From assembly GCA_044348665.1 (NCBI GenBank), contig JBIKSI010000001.1, forward strand, positions 19,784-83,783: a DNA stretch of 64,000 nt, given 5' to 3'. This DNA is from Crocinitomicaceae bacterium. GTDB taxonomy: Bacteria; Bacteroidota; Bacteroidia; Flavobacteriales_D; Crocinitomicaceae. Of the stretch, positions 39,112 through 45,929 are shown piece by piece. A model generated the notes under the pieces. It was not told the origin of the DNA, did not search any database, and saw nothing but the letters and a program-made list of their open reading frames with translations. Position numbers and translations under genes: made by a program. Position 1 is the stretch's first letter. Each line of letters begins with the position of its first letter.

Positions 39112-39954
39112 TTAAGGATTACAGAAGTTACAATACATTGGATCCTCTGTTTGTTTTTTGTGCGGGAAAAACTCTTCTTGCTCGTAATTACAAGCAAGAC
39201 ATTTCGAGATGTATTTTAGAGTCGAAGCAGTTGGGAAATTACAAAGTTCACAGGGTAAACCAGCTTTAGCATCTGTAATTTGAAATCCAGGAGTATTACA
39301 AGAAGGACAAGTAAGTTGAAGTGTGTCAACTAATTTTTTTGTTAATTCTTTTATGTTTTCCATGCGACTTGGATTGTACATCGCTCGCATATCCGTTTCG
39401 CAGTGTACTTTTTTATTTTTTTCAATAAGTCGATGAAATAGTTCATTGGCTTCTTCAAGTTCAGTTATCCCTTTAAAAAAATGCCCATTTGAACTATCTT
39501 TCAGGATAATTGCATGTGAAGGAAACTTTACTCTTTCTAAAAATTGATGAAAATCCGCTTCCGATGAGATCTCTTCTTGCGAAAAATTGGTATTTGTTGA
39601 AAGTAATTTTACACTTAATTCAAAATTGTTTTTTTTGTCAAATAAATACAAAAATTCTTCATTACATGGAGCAAAAAAAATTGATGGATGGGGACCAAAT
39701 GAACCTTCACTTGCCAAGACCAAGTCACAATCAGAGTTTTCCAAAGCTAATTTTGCTTTTTGCCTTACGCATTCTATTGGACCAGATTTTCGTTCAATTT
39801 CACCCGTGAAAGTGCCTAATGAATCGGTGTCGAAATTAGGTAAAACAATAGAATCTATATTAAAAGCCTCTTTTAGGATTGGTCCAACAACTGCTTCTTT
39901 GTGATGCTTTGTTGCAATTAAAATTTTTCGATTAATTAAATCTTTTAATTCCAT
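39112..39954 (-). CDS. Uncharacterised conserved-looking protein with a C-terminal double zinc-ribbon (four CxxC motifs)
   Basis: 280-aa ORF. The N-terminal part (ILIATKHHKEAVVGPIL...GTFTGEIERKSGPIECVRQKAKLAL...LVLASEGSFGPHP) looks like a folded enzyme-like domain. The C-terminus carries CPSC, CELC, CLAC and CNFC. Confidence 0.55.
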   Translation of the reverse strand: MELKDLINRKILIATKHHKEAVVGPILKEAFNIDSIVLPNFDTDSLGTFTGEIERKSGPIECVRQKAKLALENSDCDLVLASEGSFGPHPSIFFAPCNEEFLYLFDKKNNFELSVKLLSTNTNFSQEEISSEADFHQFLERVKFPSHAIILKDSSNGHFFKGITELEEANELFHRLIEKNKKVHCETDMRAMYNPSRMENIKELTKKLVDTLQLTCPSCNTPGFQITDAKAGLPCELCNFPTASTLKYISKCLACNYEQEEFFPHKKQTEDPMYCNFCNP

Positions 39955-40023
39955 TTAGCTTTTTCATTTTTTGCCATCCATCTAGCACCAATTTCAAAAT
40001 AAAATTTAATTTTTAACATTGTC

Positions 40024-40060
40024 TTAAAAAAGAAACCACCTCGATTTAACGAAGTGATTC
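40024..40060 (-). terminator. Rho-independent terminator after the 81-aa gene
   Basis: Minus-strand RNA AAUCACUUCG-UUAAAU-CGAGGUGGUU followed by UCUUUUUU: a stem of about 10 bp including two G:U pairs, starting 16 nt after the stop. Confidence 0.6.
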
Positions 40061-40075
40061 CCTTTTATTTGTGAT

Positions 40076-40321
40076 TTAAGAAATGATTAAATTACTTGTT
40101 AAGTTAAGTGAACTCGATTCACTTTTTGCAATGGAATTTTTCAATTCAGAAAGATTCAATTGTAGTTCTTTGATGCGATTTTCTCTCATTTTAATATCTT
40201 CTTCATTGCTACTTAAATTTATTTTATTTTCTAAGAAGCTAATTTTTACTCGAATGATTGATTCGACTAAATTTATTGCCTCCGTGTTACTGAAGTTGCC
40301 GTTTATTAAATTGATTTCCAT
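40076..40321 (-). CDS. Small hypothetical protein (paralog of 42393..42665)
   Basis: 81 aa. Shares NLINGxFSxxEA...I..KI.F...K..S.NE with the 90-aa ORF 2 kb away and is followed by a terminator on the same strand. The mirror ORF on the plus strand has no such support. Confidence 0.55.
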   Translation of the reverse strand: MEINLINGNFSNTEAINLVESIIRVKISFLENKINLSSNEEDIKMRENRIKELQLNLSELKNSIAKSESSSLNLTSNLIIS

Positions 40322-40333
40322 AACTTAAAATTT

Positions 40334-40846
40334 TTAATTAGAATTAGTTTTTTCTATTGGATCTTCGATTGAAAATGAACTTTTTAAGAGCAGCGCATTT
40401 GGCACTGTTAAAGTAGCTTTTTTTGTTTTAACATAGACAAAAAAATAACTTATATCAATTAGTTCTCCTTCGATGTCTTTGCCTTCGTAGGTAAATGAAA
40501 TTCTATCTCCAACTTTAATTGGATGTTGAAAAAACAGGATAATACAAGCGGTAATGTTTGACAAGATTGACATTTCCGCAAACAAAGCAACACCAAAAAC
40601 CGTTATTAGTGAACTTGCAAAAAGTAAAATGTTTTCTTGTTTTACACTCCAAATTGCTGAAATAATGATTATCGTGATAACATATAAAATTAGATTTATA
40701 AGCTTTATAATATCCTTTTTTTCCGCATTTTTGAAGTAAGATTTTACGATGGTAAGTTTCACAAAATAATTTGAAACCAAACGAACTACAAATAGCAAAG
40801 CTAAAACCGTTACTGTTTCTATTAGTTGAACTTTGTATAATTCCAT
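40334..40846 (-). CDS. Miniature MscS-family channel-like protein (paralog of 33065..33583)
   Basis: 170 aa with the same architecture. Alignable by eye: LLFASSLITVFGVALFAEMSILSNITACIILFFQHPIKVGDRI...EGELIDISYFFVYVKTKKATLTVPNA. Confidence 0.65.
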   Translation of the reverse strand: MELYKVQLIETVTVLALLFVVRLVSNYFVKLTIVKSYFKNAEKKDIIKLINLILYVITIIIISAIWSVKQENILLFASSLITVFGVALFAEMSILSNITACIILFFQHPIKVGDRISFTYEGKDIEGELIDISYFFVYVKTKKATLTVPNALLLKSSFSIEDPIEKTNSN

Positions 40847-40868
40847 TGATTGTTATTCTTTCTTATTA

Positions 40869-40902
40869 ACCAAGTCCTTAGCTTTTTAACCAAGGACTTG
40901 GT
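40869..40902 (-). other. Perfect 11-bp inverted repeat (stem-loop) between icd and the mini-MscS gene
   Basis: ACCAAGTCCTT (40869-40879) and AAGGACTTGGT (40892-40902) flank a 12-nt loop. There is no U-run after it on the transcribed (minus) strand. Confidence 0.6.
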
Positions 40903-40918
40903 GTTGTACTTTTCAATT

Positions 40919-42355
40919 TTATTGTCCTTGAGCTGCCGAAAACGCCTCTTTTCCATCAAACTTATATAGATTTTCTGTTTTAATTACATCTACATTTTGA
41001 CTTAATGCATTGTTTTGCAAGTCGATGATCGTTTCCTTCGTAAACTTTTGACCTTCTTTAGCCTTGAATCTGCATCGCCAATGATCGGTGCAAAATGTTT
41101 CACTAAATCCGTCTGGCCATACCTTAATTCCTCTGTTTGTGATCATGGAAAGTTGAGAGCTAGTGCTTTCAATTTTTTTAATGATTGTAGACAATTCATC
41201 TGCTTCAGTGCCATTCCAATGAACAAAAACATCCACTCCGATTAATTCTTTTTCCTTTTGTGCCTTGCGAACATATTTTGGAAGATTTAATGCAGAATTA
41301 TTAGAGTAAGAGGCTTGCTTGAAAATTGTTGGTTTATTTCCTAAGTTTGCGATAACTGCGTCCGCAAATTCTTTAGTACCTACTTTTTCTTTACTGACAC
41401 CTTCTTTAAAAATATCGTAAGTATGAATTCCATCTTCCATCGTTCTTAACCAAGCATTTTGAATTTTTTCAGCAGCTGCGGTTTCACCAATATGATTCAA
41501 CATCATAACTGCTCCTTGCAATAATCCAGATGGGTTTGCCATGTTTTGTCCTGCTCTTCTTGGTGCTGAACCATGAATTGCCTCAAACATAGCACATTCT
41601 TCTCCAATATTAGCTGAACCAGCCAAACCAACAGACCCAGCAATTTGTGCAGCAACATCAGAAAGCACATCACCATATAAATTTGGCATCACGATCACGT
41701 CGAAAGCTTCAGGAGTATCTGCCAATTTCGCTGCGCCGATATCAACAATCCAATGCTCGTTTTCTATTTCAGGATATTCTTTCGCAATTTCATCAAATAC
41801 TTGGTGGAAAAGTCCATCAGTTTGTTTCATGATATTGTCTTTTGTGAAACAAGTAACTTTCTTTCTGTTTTGTTGTTTCGCATATTCAAAAGCATAGCGA
41901 ACAATCTTTTCGCACCCTGGACGGCTGATTAATTTCAAACATTGAACCACTTCGTCTGTTTGTTGGTGCTCAATTCCAGCATATAAATCTTCTTCATTTT
42001 CGCGGACAATTACCACGTCCATAATCGGATGTTTTGTACTAACAAAAGGGTGAAAACTCATGCAAGGACGCACATTGGAATACAAACCTAAGAATTTACG
42101 CGTTGATACATTTAAACTTTTGTATCCGCCACCTTGTGGAGTTGTGATAGGTGCTTTTAAGAAAATTTTATTTCTTCTCACAACATCCCAAGACTCTTTT
42201 GAAATCCCAGAGGTATTTCCAGAAAGGTAAACTTTTTCACCTACTTCAATTTCTTCAAAATCCACTTTAGCTCCTGCGGCTAAAACAATTCTTAAGGTTG
42301 CGTCCATGATTTCAGGTCCAATTCCATCACCTTTTGCAATAGTTATTTTTCTCAT
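40919..42355 (-). CDS. icd: Isocitrate dehydrogenase, long (about 480 aa) form with a C-terminal extension of about 130 aa
   Basis: KITIAKGDGIGPEIMDA, SLNVSTRKFLGLYSNVRP, NLYGDVLSDVAAQIAGSVGLAGSANIG and FEAIHGSAPRRAG are isocitrate/isopropylmalate dehydrogenase blocks. The length resembles the Rickettsia/alphaproteobacterial-type Icd family as I remember it. Confidence 0.85.
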   Translation of the reverse strand: MRKITIAKGDGIGPEIMDATLRIVLAAGAKVDFEEIEVGEKVYLSGNTSGISKESWDVVRRNKIFLKAPITTPQGGGYKSLNVSTRKFLGLYSNVRPCMSFHPFVSTKHPIMDVVIVRENEEDLYAGIEHQQTDEVVQCLKLISRPGCEKIVRYAFEYAKQQNRKKVTCFTKDNIMKQTDGLFHQVFDEIAKEYPEIENEHWIVDIGAAKLADTPEAFDVIVMPNLYGDVLSDVAAQIAGSVGLAGSANIGEECAMFEAIHGSAPRRAGQNMANPSGLLQGAVMMLNHIGETAAAEKIQNAWLRTMEDGIHTYDIFKEGVSKEKVGTKEFADAVIANLGNKPTIFKQASYSNNSALNLPKYVRKAQKEKELIGVDVFVHWNGTEADELSTIIKKIESTSSQLSMITNRGIKVWPDGFSETFCTDHWRCRFKAKEGQKFTKETIIDLQNNALSQNVDVIKTENLYKFDGKEAFSAAQGQ

Positions 42356-42392
42356 TTTTTGCTTATTTTTTATTTTATTGGTTTATAAATAG

Positions 42393-42665
42393 TTAACGTA
42401 CAACAATTTTCACTTCACCTTCAATGTGTAAAGTCACATCATCACTAAGTTGATTAATAAATGTGGAGATTTTTTCGCTATTATCTAATAAAATCGGAAT
42501 TCGTTTAATGGAGTTTGCATCATCTTGTCCAAGCATTTCATTCGTGCTAAAGTTTTTTGCTTGATGAAATTGAATTTTGCTATTTATTAATTTAAGCAGC
42601 ATCTCTTTTGCATCTTCTTTAGAAAATTCTCCATTAATTAAATTAAACTGTTCGTTTGTTTTCAT
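42393..42665 (-). CDS. Small hypothetical protein (paralog of 40076..40321)
   Basis: 90 aa. Shares FNLINGEFSKEDAKEMLLKLINSKIQFHQAKNFSTNE with the 81-aa ORF. Confidence 0.55.
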   Translation of the reverse strand: MKTNEQFNLINGEFSKEDAKEMLLKLINSKIQFHQAKNFSTNEMLGQDDANSIKRIPILLDNSEKISTFINQLSDDVTLHIEGEVKIVVR

Positions 42666-42707
42666 TTTTTGCTTTCTTTAGATAAATTGTTTTTTAAAAT
42701 CTCTGTT

Positions 42708-43478
42708 TTATTGTTCAATAACAAAAGGTGTTTTTCCTTCGGTAATTATAACTTTACTATTTGGAGATTTGGAAAGTTCCAACAATGCTTCAATACTTCT
42801 CAATCGTAAAATTTCTTCAGTTAAACCTTCAGAAAGTATTTTTTGAGCATCTTTTGTTCCAGTTGCCTCAATAATTTTTCTTTCAGCCTCTAGTTTCTCT
42901 TGTTGCAGAATAAATACCATACGCATGGCGTCTTGTTCCGCTTGTAATTTTTCTTCAATTGATTTCGCCAAACCATTAGGTAATTGGATGCTTTTCATCA
43001 AAACTGCTTCTACAACAATGCCTTTGTCATCTAAATTATAAGCCATTTTGTGTTTGATTGAGTCTTCAATTTCTGATCGCATTCCGGAGTGCATATCTTT
43101 TGCAAAATAATTGGAACAAACATCTGCTGAAGCCGAACGAAAAACATTTGAGATGATGTTTTCATAATCTGGACCAATGTTTTTAATTACCTTCGAAACA
43201 CTCTCTTGTTCAATGCGGTACAAGATTGAAATCTGTGCAACAACACTTAATCCCTCTTTACTCGGTAAACTCAATGATAATTCAATATCATTTATTTGCG
43301 TATTTGTTTTAATAATTTTTGTTGTAAATGGATTGTACCAAATTGGACCCTGTGTGTAACTTTTTGGTGACAATTTACCAAGTTTTTGTTTTACACCTAC
43401 TTGCCCTGGTCTGATTATTGTGCAACTGCTAAAAATCACTAAACCTATTACTACTTGAATGATTACTAATTTTTTCAT
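42708..43478 (-). CDS. SPFH / band-7 (prohibitin-like) family lipoprotein
   Basis: Lipobox IFSSC. Has an SPFH core (VGVKQKLGKL...LSVVAQISILYRI...) and a C-terminal coiled coil, LQAEQDAMRMVFILQQEKLEAERKIIEATG. Confidence 0.8.
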   Translation of the reverse strand: MKKLVIIQVVIGLVIFSSCTIIRPGQVGVKQKLGKLSPKSYTQGPIWYNPFTTKIIKTNTQINDIELSLSLPSKEGLSVVAQISILYRIEQESVSKVIKNIGPDYENIISNVFRSASADVCSNYFAKDMHSGMRSEIEDSIKHKMAYNLDDKGIVVEAVLMKSIQLPNGLAKSIEEKLQAEQDAMRMVFILQQEKLEAERKIIEATGTKDAQKILSEGLTEEILRLRSIEALLELSKSPNSKVIITEGKTPFVIEQ

Positions 43479-43521
43479 ATTTCAATTTTTATAATGAATA
43501 ACTAATTTTTGATGAGGTAAA

Positions 43522-44070
43522 TCATTTTGATATCTCAATTTTGTAAATACTTTTGATTGGAATAAAACCTCCTCCTTTCAATAGGATTTTATCTTCTTTT
43601 TTCTTAATTATCAAATCGCTAATTTTTAAGTGCCTTCTAAAATCCTTGAAAAAGATGGTTACTTTTTTCCTAAACAAAACCCCAAGTCTTAGTGATAAAA
43701 GAATTTCCTTCATACGTCTGTTTTTCGCCTCATTATCCTCTAAAACATCTAACTCTGAAAACACTATTTTTTCTATTTCTCTGTTATGTATCGAACTACT
43801 TAGATAAAGAAATGGATTTTCATTGTCTAGAGAATTCACTATAATTTTTTGCTCTTTTTTCTTTAAACTTACTCTGATAATTAGCATGATTACCATGATA
43901 ACAATGAAGGCCAAAATGAAATAGTGATGCGCTGCATAATCTAAAAAAAATGGTAATATTTTTAATTGGATTTCATCATAAAATACAACTGCAACCAACG
44001 CGAAAATTGCTACTAATAAGCAAGTTATAATTAAGATGCTCATTTTTTTGGAGTGGAATAAATTTCTCAT
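43522..44070 (-). CDS. Hypothetical 2-TM membrane protein with a small C-terminal beta-rich domain
   Basis: Two hydrophobic helices (ILIITCLLVAIFALVAVVFY and FILAFIVIMVIMLIIRVSL) followed by about 100 soluble residues ending KILLKGGGFIPIKSIYKIEI. It is the first gene downstream of the divergent promoter. Confidence 0.5.
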   Translation of the reverse strand: MRNLFHSKKMSILIITCLLVAIFALVAVVFYDEIQLKILPFFLDYAAHHYFILAFIVIMVIMLIIRVSLKKKEQKIIVNSLDNENPFLYLSSSIHNREIEKIVFSELDVLEDNEAKNRRMKEILLSLRLGVLFRKKVTIFFKDFRRHLKISDLIIKKKEDKILLKGGGFIPIKSIYKIEISK

Positions 44071-44095
44071 GACTGTTTATTTTTAACGTGTTTTA

Positions 44096-44103
44096 CAAAA
44101 ATA
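44096..44103 (-). promoter_or_regulatory. Candidate -7 box (TATTTTTG on the minus strand) for the SPFH cluster
   Basis: Plus-strand CAAAAATA, 25 nt upstream of the minus-strand start at 44070. Confidence 0.45.
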
Positions 44104-44128
44104 CAGCATCAATTCATTAAAAATAATT

Positions 44129-44136
44129 TATATTTG
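44129..44136 (+). promoter_or_regulatory. Candidate -7 box (TATATTTG) for the LysR gene
   Basis: TAnnTTTG match 24 nt upstream of the ATG at 44161, back-to-back with the minus-strand box 25 bp away. Confidence 0.45.
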
Positions 44137-44160
44137 TAATGTTTATTATAATAAATAGTT

Positions 44161-45087
44161 ATGGATTTTAGTCTTCGGCAATTACAATTGTTTTGTTCGG
44201 TAGTAGAACATGCGAGTATTACAAAGGCATCGATTGAACTCGATCTGACCCAACCAGCAATTTCAATACAATTAAAAAAGTTGCAAGCAAACTTTGAGCT
44301 TCCCATGATTGAAATTCTTGGAAAGAAGGTTGTAATCACCGATTTTGGTCGCTCTTTTTATGCTCAAGCCAAAGACATATTAAGTAAAGTGGAAGATTTT
44401 AAATATGGCATTGAGTCATTAAATGGAATTCTCTCAGGTAAGCTAAAAATATCAACCGTTTCAACTGGAAAATACATCATGCCTTTTTATTTGAAAAACT
44501 TTTTAGATAAAAATAAGCAGGTGGATTTAAAACTAGATGTTTCAAATAGAAAGCAAGTAATAGCAGATATCATGAACCATGAAATTGATTTTGCATTAGT
44601 TTCCGTTTTACCGAATGAGGAGCAGTTTCATGAATTAATTTTGATGAAAAATCCACTCTATCTTATTGGACCTAAAAGTAAATTAATTAAGAATTTCGAC
44701 TCAAAATCAAGTAAAGAATATCCTTTAATTTACAGAGAAGAAGGGTCTGGAACACGGTTGGTGATGCAAAGGCATTTTGAATCCATCAATTATTCTCCAA
44801 AAATAAAAATGGAATTGACTTCTAACGAGGCCGTAAAGCAAGCGGTGATCGCCGGTTTAGGTTATTCCATGTTATCACTATTGAGCATCAAAAATGAACT
44901 AATCCAAAAGGAGTTGGAAATTGTTCCCGATGTTCAAATGCGTGTGCGTTCTACTTGGAGATTGATTTGGTTAAAAAACAAACAGTTAAGTCCTGTTGCT
45001 AGTGCATTTTTACAGCATGTGCTTGAGCAGAAAGACAATATTTACCGCGAAAATTTTAGTTGGGTGGAGGAATTTGAGAATAAGTGA
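44161..45087 (+). CDS. LysR-family transcriptional regulator
   Basis: N-terminal winged-HTH LRQLQLFCSVVEHASITKASIELDLTQPAISIQLKKLQ plus a C-terminal substrate-binding domain. 308 aa. Confidence 0.9.
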   Translation: MDFSLRQLQLFCSVVEHASITKASIELDLTQPAISIQLKKLQANFELPMIEILGKKVVITDFGRSFYAQAKDILSKVEDFKYGIESLNGILSGKLKISTVSTGKYIMPFYLKNFLDKNKQVDLKLDVSNRKQVIADIMNHEIDFALVSVLPNEEQFHELILMKNPLYLIGPKSKLIKNFDSKSSKEYPLIYREEGSGTRLVMQRHFESINYSPKIKMELTSNEAVKQAVIAGLGYSMLSLLSIKNELIQKELEIVPDVQMRVRSTWRLIWLKNKQLSPVASAFLQHVLEQKDNIYRENFSWVEEFENK

Positions 45088-45136
45088 TTCTTTATGGTAT
45101 CATTTTTGACTAAAGATTTTTGTTAATTTTGTAGCA

Positions 45137-45814
45137 ATGAAAAAAATTCTATTATTCCTATTTTTAATCTTATCTCTTGTTTCATGTATTGAGATCAATG
45201 ACGATATTACTATTAATTCAGATGGAAGCGGAACCTTTAAATACGTTGTAAACCTGAGCGATAGTAAAATGAAGGTTAATTCCATTTTGGCTTTGGATAG
45301 TTTGGATGGAAAAAAGGTTCCATCTATTGATGAAATCAAAGAAATAATCAGTGAATACAAAACGAAATTAAGTAATAAAGAAGGAATTTCAAATGTAAAG
45401 GTTGAAACAGATTTTACAAATTTTATTTTGCGTTTTCAGTGCGACTTTAAAAATGTTACAGCTTTACAGCAAGCCATTCGTGAAATCGCCATAGAAAAAG
45501 ATAAAAAGCAGGAATTTAAAGAAATAAACCACGTTTGGTTGGCTTGGGATGTAAACAAATTAATCCGTTCTGTTCCTAGTTTAACTACTGAAACCGTCCA
45601 AAAGCTAAAAAAAGAAGACTCAGATGCATTAAAAACAGGGAAATATACTTCAGTTACGCGTTTTGATAGATTAATCGATAAATGCGAAAATCCAAAGGCA
45701 ATCATTTCTAAAAACGGCACTGCATGTATGATTAAAACGAATCCCTATGCCTTGTTGCAAGATTTACAAATTTTGGAAAATACAATCTACCTAACGAATA
45801 CAAAAAAACCTTAA
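45137..45814 (+). CDS. Hypothetical lipoprotein
   Basis: MKKILLFLFLILSLVSC signal with lipobox. No recognisable family. Confidence 0.55.
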   Translation: MKKILLFLFLILSLVSCIEINDDITINSDGSGTFKYVVNLSDSKMKVNSILALDSLDGKKVPSIDEIKEIISEYKTKLSNKEGISNVKVETDFTNFILRFQCDFKNVTALQQAIREIAIEKDKKQEFKEINHVWLAWDVNKLIRSVPSLTTETVQKLKKEDSDALKTGKYTSVTRFDRLIDKCENPKAIISKNGTACMIKTNPYALLQDLQILENTIYLTNTKKP

Positions 45815-45823
45815 ATTTCAAGT

Positions 45824-45844
45824 TTACTTATTGTTCATAAGTAA
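45824..45844 (+). terminator. AT-rich hairpin, a possible weak terminator
   Basis: TTACTTAT-TGTTC-ATAAGTAA: perfect 8-bp stem, with a T-run (AGTTTTTATT) a few nt downstream. Confidence 0.3.
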
Positions 45845-45890
45845 TTGGATAGTTTTTATTATTTCTTAAAAAGTCTAAAATAAATTCAAT

Positions 45891-45898
45891 TATTTTTG
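45891..45898 (+). promoter_or_regulatory. Candidate -7 box (TATTTTTG)
   Basis: TAnnTTTG match 31 nt upstream of the ATG at 45930. It supports that start over the ORF-track TTG at 45903. Confidence 0.45.
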
Positions 45899-45929
45899 TA
45901 TCTTGCAAATAATATTGTCACAACTTAAC

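Noticed and set aside
39510-39904. Two overlapping plus-strand ORFs (99 and 105 aa) antisense to the zinc-ribbon protein gene
   Set aside because: They are mutually overlapping in different frames, have no motifs or promoter, and the opposite strand carries a full-length ORF with four ordered CxxC motifs.
40083-40328. 81-aa plus-strand ORF exactly mirroring the minus-strand 81-aa ORF
   Set aside because: Only the minus-strand product has a paralog in the window (42393..42665) and a same-strand terminator. The plus-strand translation is low-complexity Leu/Ser/Phe/Ile typical of antisense reading of an AT-rich gene.
40919-42355. The long Icd form considered as a novel fusion
   Set aside because: Icd enzymes of about 480 aa with this C-terminal extension are, as I recall, an already defined family (Rickettsia/alphaproteobacterial type), so the extension itself is probably not new.
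44109-44339. 76-aa minus-strand ORF overlapping the LysR start and the divergent promoter region
   Set aside because: It overlaps the strongly supported LysR HTH-coding region and both candidate promoter boxes. No motifs.
45100-45360. 86-aa minus-strand ORF overlapping the lipoprotein gene start
   Set aside because: It is antisense to a gene with a clear signal peptide and lipobox, and has a low-complexity Ser/Leu/Ile composition.
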